64,000 nucleotides of DNA from assembly GCA_958009085.1 (NCBI GenBank), contig OY253669.1, forward strand, positions 310,001 through 374,000. The letters are read 5' to 3'. The stretch's first letter is position 1, and each line of letters opens with the position of its first letter. The translations under genes and the position numbers were made by a program. The DNA is from Protoeuglena noctilucae (taxonomy: Eukaryota). Below, in pieces: positions 57,569 to 64,000 of the stretch. The notes below the pieces were generated by a model that saw only the letters and a program-made list of their open reading frames with translations, was not told the origin of the DNA and did no database searches.

Positions 57569-60500
57569 TTAGCTGGGGTGCGCAGCGTCGCCCCGGGGTG
57601 CGTTGGCGTTGGTCTCGCGCTCCCCCAGCACCCGGGCGCCACCGAGCCCCTCGTCCGCCGCCTCCGCGACATCCTCGCGCGCCGTCGTCATTCCGTCCGC
57701 GTCCCCGGACTCCGAGCCGCCCTGCCCCGGTGCGGCGAGGTCCTCGTCGCTGGCGTCGTCGGCTGCGACCCCGGGGGCCGCGCTTGGGGGCAGGGGCGCC
57801 GGCGCGATGCGCGGCTGCGCCCCGGTCTCTTGCATGCGCCTGAACTCGGAGAAGAGGGCCTCGGCCGCGGGGGCCGCCAGGGCCCGGGCCGCGTCGGGCG
57901 AGGGGACCTCGATCCTCCGCTTCTTGGGCGTCGTGCCCGTCTCCTCGTCCACCGCGTAGTCCACCACGAGGCGCTTGCGCAGGTCGCCCTGCAGCGCCGC
58001 CAGGGCCGAGGCCTGCGCTGTGCCGAACGCCGCAGACGCGTCGGCCGCCGAGGTACCGTCCGCGCACGCCGCGGCCGAGGCGGCCTGCGTGGACGCCAGA
58101 GCCTCCCGGACGTCCCGCTGCGCAGCCTCTGCGAAGGGGGAACGGGTTGCTTGATGGCACAGGGGACGGCGTGGTTGCATCCTGCCAGTATGCGCATCCA
58201 CCATTGCATACATGTGATTGTGCGTGTCCACGCACCCGCTGCATCGGAGCAGTGCCGCCCTGCGTCCGCCATGCGACGCTGCGCCGCCTCTGCCGCCCGC
58301 CCAGCCGCCGCCGAGCCGTCTGCTGCCGCCTGCATCACTGCCGCGGCGTGCGCCTCTGCCGCCTGCCGGACTGCCTCCGCCGAACGCGTTGCCTGCTCCC
58401 GCGACGCCTCCACCAGGCCGCCGGCGTCCCGCAGCCCGCTGGCTGCCGCTTCCCCAGCAGCAGAAAGCTTCGCGGCGCCCTCGGCAGCCTCCTGCACGGC
58501 GGCGCCCTCCTCAGCCCCCACGCGCTCCGCGCCCTGCTCGGCCTTCTGGCGAGCCCCCTCCATCTCCTCCGCCAGCGCCGCGTGGCCCTGTGCCAGGGTG
58601 GTCGTGGCCGCCTTGACAGCGTCGTGCATTAGCGACGACCCCGCCGTCACGAAGCGGCCCATCAGGGCCTCCATCTCCTGCACTGCCTTGGCCTTGTGCT
58701 CCTGCAGTTGCGCCTGCGAGGGAGCCAAAGGGGTGTGGCGCTGTAGCGAGACATGAGCGAGGTGGCATAGGCGACCGCAACAGTCCGCTGCTGTCTGCCC
58801 CGCCGCTCGCCGCTTACCTCAAAGTCCCGCTGCGTCGCCGCCAGGGCCTCCTGCTGGCCGCGAGTGCGCACTTCGCTGGCGTCCTTCGCTGCCACGGCGC
58901 GCCTGGAGGCCTCCTCCAGCGCCTCCCTCGCAGCAGCGGCCAGTCGCTTCGCAGCCTCGGCGGTGGCGGCCGTGGCCGCCTGCCCCCCCGCGACCAGGGC
59001 CTCCACGTCGGCCGCGAGGCGCAGCACGTCGGCGCGCGCCGCGTCCAGCTGTGCCGCCAGCTGTGCCGCCAGCGCGCCCACGCCCTCCCGGCATGCCTCG
59101 GTGTGCTGGGCACACTGCTGCGACACCTCACCCAGGGCCGTCGCCGCATGGGCCGCCAGGTCCCTCGTGGCCGTGCGGCCGTCCTCCCCGAGACCCTTGG
59201 CTGCCTCCGCCAGCGCCGCCAGCTGCTCGCCGAGGGACGCCGCGTGCGCCTCGTGGCTCGCGGCCATCCCACGGACCTTGCTCGCCAGCGACGCAAACGC
59301 CGACGCCTGCGCCTGGGTCGCCGCGCCGAGAGCCTCGGTCATCTGCGTTGATGGGGAGGAGACCACGGCCATCAGAGGAACGGAACACAGCAAACGCCGC
59401 CTGCGTCCCGGACACGCTGAGCTGCCACCGCTTGACGTGCCTGCGCAAGGGCCTGCTCCGCGTCCCGGTCGGCGTCCACCATGGCCTCGCGGTTGCGGCG
59501 GCCGACACCGCCCTGCCGCGCGATCTTGGCAAAGGCGCCCGCGAGCTCCTCGCCCGTCCTGGCCAGCTCCTTGGCCACGCTCTCGGCGTGGGCCGTCATC
59601 TGGCCCTCCGCCGCCCTCTGCCGCGCCATGGCGTGCGCCCGCTCGGCCTCGCCCTGCCGCGCCGACGCCAGGTCCGCGTACGCAGCGCGCAGCAGGCCTG
59701 ACACCTCTCGGTGCGCCGCCTGCACCCGCTCCAGCTGCCGCTCCTTGCGTGCCAGGGCACGCGCCGCCGCGGCCTGCTCCTCCTGCGCCGTCTCCAGGGC
59801 CTTGCCCATCTCGGCCACCTGCTCCGTCTTCTGCGCGAGCGTCGGGCAACGGAAAGCCCAGTGAGCCCACGTGTCTTGTCCCAGAGCCCGACAGTGGACC
59901 CGCTGCCCCGACATCCCGGCAGCTAGACTGCTTGCCTGCAGATCCAGGACATGCACGCGTGCTCGTTTGCGCCCCTCACCTCGTTCAGGTCCCTTTCCAT
60001 GGCCTGGTACTGGTCTGCAGGGAGGTACACGCCGTCCTTTTCCCGGGCCGCCCAGAGCTGCGCGTGGAGCTTGTCGATCTCCAGGGCGTACTCCTTGAGC
60101 ATGGCTGCCTTGGAGACCTGCAGGCAGCGGGAAGCGATGGCTGAGTGAGGCCATGCCATGTGCTGGGGCGGCGCATGGGGGTTGACTGCCCCGGGCGCCC
60201 CGTTGGAGGGCAGAGCGGTCGCTCCGCACCCTCTGGTTGACCTCGGGCTTGTTGCGGATGTTCTTGGCCCGGTGGGCGTAGTCGAGGGTGTTGAAGGTCT
60301 CCTCCAGGCACTGGACGGTCGGGGCGATGGTGGCGATGATGCAGGTCTTGGTGCGGCCTCCGAGGGACTCGCGCAGCAGCCGGGTCAGCTTCGAGTCTCG
60401 GTAGGGCACGTAGCCCTGCTTCTCCACTGCGGGGTCGACAGGGCGGGGAACACGCTCATGCCGTGCGCAGCCATGTCACGTCCGGACATCGCGCCGGACC

Positions 60501-62364
60501 GTGCCCTTCCGGCAGCCGCACTGACAGCCAGCTTATGCACGGAGCGGCGGCACTGCTGCCTTCGACACACGTCCGGCCATGGCCCAGGCTGCCCTCACCG
60601 AGGGCGGAGATGACGCGACCCAGGCAGAGGAGGGACTTGTTGATCTCGCCCGCCTCCCTCGCCCGCTGGTCCTTGGCCCCCGAGCGGGAGATGTTCTCCG
60701 AGCCAGCCAGGTCCACCAGGTTCAGCTTCCCCACCTTAATGATCTCCTGCACGCACAGGCAGGCACGAAGATGAATGTCAGCACAGCAGCTGACTCTCAC
60801 ACACTGTGGGGAGTGGCAAGGCCCATGCTCCCCGAGAAGCATGGGCGAGCCGCTGTGAGAGAGGGCGCCAGAGACCCTCTTACCTCTCCCTCGGGGGTGG
60901 TGTCGCGCATGTGGATGGTGACGGTGAAGACCGAGTGGGAGCGGGAGGACTGCTTGTTCAGCAGCGTCTCGGCACTCGTGCGCCGCGCGCTGCCACGGTC
61001 CAGCACCGAGTAGATCTCCATGGCGTTCTTGACGATGATCTCCTCCAGGTTGGCCACGTGCACGGAGCCGGAGCCTGCAAGAAGGCGCGACCGACGCTCA
61101 GCTCTGCTTACCATGTCCTGGCGATGCCACACATTCCACAGCGCAGGGCCAGCACTGGCGAGCCGCGCTGCCCCTGCGCCGCTCACCGTCGTCGCGGATT
61201 GGCAGCTTCTTGTTCTCATCCTCGCCCACCGCCAGCAAGTCGGTGATCTCCTCGTTGTAGAGCTCGAGGAAGGACACCTTGACCGTGTAGTCCGTCTTGC
61301 CGCGCAGAGTGTCGAAGATCTGCTTGATGGCGCGCGGGATGACACCAGCCTTGCCCGACAGCGTCTCGCCGTCGGCTGACTCCCGGTCCCCGCCCTCCAT
61401 CGTGAACGTCTTGCCTGGGGGCGCGCGGCGTGGGATGGGTCAGGCGCCAGCTCAGTCGGCGCGCACGTGCGAGTGGGGCAACACCACCGCAGTCGGGGGG
61501 CAACAAACGACTTGCCTGTGCCCGTCTGCCCGTAGGCGAAGATGGTGCAGTTGAACCCCTCGAGCACCTCATTCACGATGGGCACGACGGCATCCTGGTA
61601 GAGGTCCTCCTGCGATGCCTCCGGACCGAACACCTGCGGCCAAAAGCAGCGAGGAGTCTGCTCTGCTCACGGGCCTGCCCCCGGCACGGCTCGGGAACGC
61701 CCATCCCAGCGGCGTGCGGGCGCAGCAACGCAAATGCGCGTCCGTAACTGTGTTGGTATAGCGTGAAGACACCCTCGCGGGCGTGGTTGCATTGCAAGGC
61801 GCCGCGGCCCCCCCCCCCCCCGGGCGTCTCAGCACCAGGGCCAGGGCTGCCCGCGTCCGCGCGCGCCGCGGCCCGGGCCGGTCACCTTATCGAAGGTAAA
61901 AGTCTTCGTAATCTTCTTGTTAGCGACAGACTGCGCAATCTCGACCTGCCGGGCGCTCTCCCTGCACTTGACGACCTCTTGCGCCTTGGTCCTGATTTCC
62001 TCCACGTTCATGGGCCTGCGACGGGTCGAGAGGGTGCTCACTTGGCAGGAACGACACCATCGTTCGTCGCACAGTCGGGCTCCACGCGCGGAAGGCCCAG
62101 GCGGGCTCAGGGCGGTGAGCCCTAACAACCGGCTTCGTTCGCGCGCGCTGGGACGCGAGGCGGTCCGCGCAGTCCTTCCACTCAAGCAAACGCCAATATA
62201 TCGCAGAAACTCCGCCTCCGCACCGCCGCACGGTGGCGCAGAGCCCAATGTCGCGCAAGCCGGCGGCCCGCGCACCTGCATCTCAGCAGGACCTGCACGT
62301 TCACTCCCGCCTCGTCATCGGGGCCGCTCGCTTTCGAACGAGCGGTGGATGGTCGCGACGACAT
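57569..62364 (-). CDS. Kinesin-5 (BimC/Eg5 family)
   Basis: [96 protein letters not shown]; tail [15 protein letters not shown] is BimC-box-like. Confidence 0.95.
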
Positions 62365-62798
62365 GACAAGCAGGCGCTCAGAGGCCGGGCCGCGGCTTGA
62401 GAGCGTGGGGAGGCCAGGCCTAGGTCAGGGCGTCTCTGCCGATCTCGCAAGAGCGCACCCACGCTGAATTACACAGCCAGGACAGGTGCCGTCACCCTCC
62501 TCCCGCGCGGCCGGTCGAACAGGGGTCGCCCCAGCTTCAGAAACAGTGCTGAATGGAGGAGCCGAATTCGCTTTCATTCGATTTCGTTGCCGCGCGAGTC
62601 CTGTCGCCGTGGTCGCCTGATGACATCGCAGGCGCCGCCTGCGTTGCCTCCTGTGCGCGTGACAGTGCGGGGGTCGAGGGGCGAGTTTTGAATTGCTGCG
62701 CCGGAATGAACGCATCTCGCCAGTCGCAACGGACGCTTTTTGCTTGGTAGATTGTGGGAGCTGCTCCCGGCGTCGGGGTTTGGTCCCTGTGTTTGCAG

Positions 62799-64000
62799 AT
62801 GGATGACGCGAAGGGCACGCCGCAACGGCGGGGCGAGGCGCGGGACTACGAGCGTGAGTCGTCTGCCCCGCACTGCCATGTGAATGTGCGATTGTGTGCC
62901 AGCGAGCCGCGGTGGAAGTGGGGAAGCTGCGCCCGCAGGATTGAGCGGCATTGTCCAGCTTCTCTTCGCGGGAATCCTTCTCCTCCTTTCGATCAACGAC
63001 GTCCGCAAGCGGATACCCTGGGCCGCGCTTGGGATAACGAAGGAGGACCAATGGTGGCTCGAGCAGGCGCTGCACGTGCTACAGAAGTGCGCCATCACCC
63101 TGGTCGTCTCTGCGGGGAATAAGGACTACGTGCACTTTTGGCCGCTGCACCTCCTTCTGTCTTTCGTCGGCTCATCCGGGGGTAGCCACCTGGTCGCTTT
63201 CCTGGCTGGCGAGCCGTTCCGCATCCTCACGTGAGCGTGTGCCCCATCGCTGACCTGACCTAACGGCGGCGGATGGCTTGGTCAGCCTCCCACGGGGGCC
63301 TGGTCGAGACCCAGGCCCCGGCGCGCGTCTCTGCTGCAGGGATGGCTCCTCGGCCGGGTGGTTTCTGACCTCGTGGTATCTCGCGGCGTTCATGCCCGTC
63401 GGACACGTGGTGCGCGAGTGGCGGTTCGTTCGCACGCCCCTGGTCGCCATCTACAACTACGTGAGCCTCAAGGCCAGCGTCGACCGCGTCAACAAGACCG
63501 TGGAGACGCGGCCGGGTGAGCCAACGGCACCCGTGCTGACCTGGGCGCTGACTCATGACACAGCTGCAGCCAAGCAGTCAAGCCAGGAGCATTGCTGCGC
63601 CTCACTCCCGCAGGCGTGTGGTTCGCCGCGGTGCTCTTCGGCTCCCTGTCGTCGGGAGGGGGCGGGAGCCTCATGATGCTGGTCAAGTGGTTCTTTGGCC
63701 TCCACTCCCACCCCGGCCCGCTCTTCGTGCCACACTTCCAGGTCCGCCGCAGCATCCTCCTCACCCTGAGCTACCTAACCCTCTGCCACTGGCTCCCTAT
63801 CCCCCGCGGCCCGCGGTTCGCCACGCACGTGCGCGACGCGTTCGTGTTCCTCCTCGCGATGCACGCCGCGCTCGTCTCGCTCGGATTTGACGGCGACTTC
63901 ACGATCAAGGCGAGGCAGCCGCGCATGCACCCCCCGCGCGGATGGGGCTGGAGACCAGGCACACGATCCCACCCGCACCGCAGCGACTGGCGTCTGTGGC
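62799..64000 (+). CDS. TRIC/TMEM38-like cation channel (truncated by window end)
   Basis: WPLHLLLSFVGSSGGSHLVAFLAGEP, WFLTSWYLAAFMP, FVRTPL and RP|GVWFAAVLFGSLSSGGG match the twin glycine-rich TRIC pattern by eye. Confidence 0.6.

Noticed and set aside
61808..61821. C14 homopolymer in a kinesin-5 intron
   Set aside because: It is an isolated simple repeat with no other support.

Overview
This is GC-rich (about 70%) eukaryotic nuclear DNA, most likely from a green alga, since it carries plant-lineage genes (TGD5, pTAC16-like, TTM1/2, a NACK-type kinesin, an organelle-targeted GluRS). I can assemble about 23 intron-rich genes, with mostly 80-200 nt introns (GTGAG/GTGCG...CGCAG), by joining ORF fragments by eye: kinesin-7, bZIP, LMBR1-like, Dsn1-like, RCC2, Tctex1, TTM, pTAC16-like, an orphan, importin-beta, COG4, GluRS, RPB11, TGD5, VPS54, a divergent H2B-like protein, RBM19, RLP24, RFC3, RPL6, an ssSPT-like protein, kinesin-5 and a TRIC-like channel (truncated by the window end). 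I found no CRISPR array, rRNA, tRNA or transposase, and no clear multi-gene novel system. The most interesting signals are a frequent AG|GCGAG (GC-AG) intron class, a divergent H2B-like protein with an acidic tail, a degenerate AATATCCGGCC repeat array, a perfect in-frame 75-bp exon duplication, and near-perfect strand alternation. CDS coordinates are gene spans including introns. Family calls come from motif recognition, not database searches.
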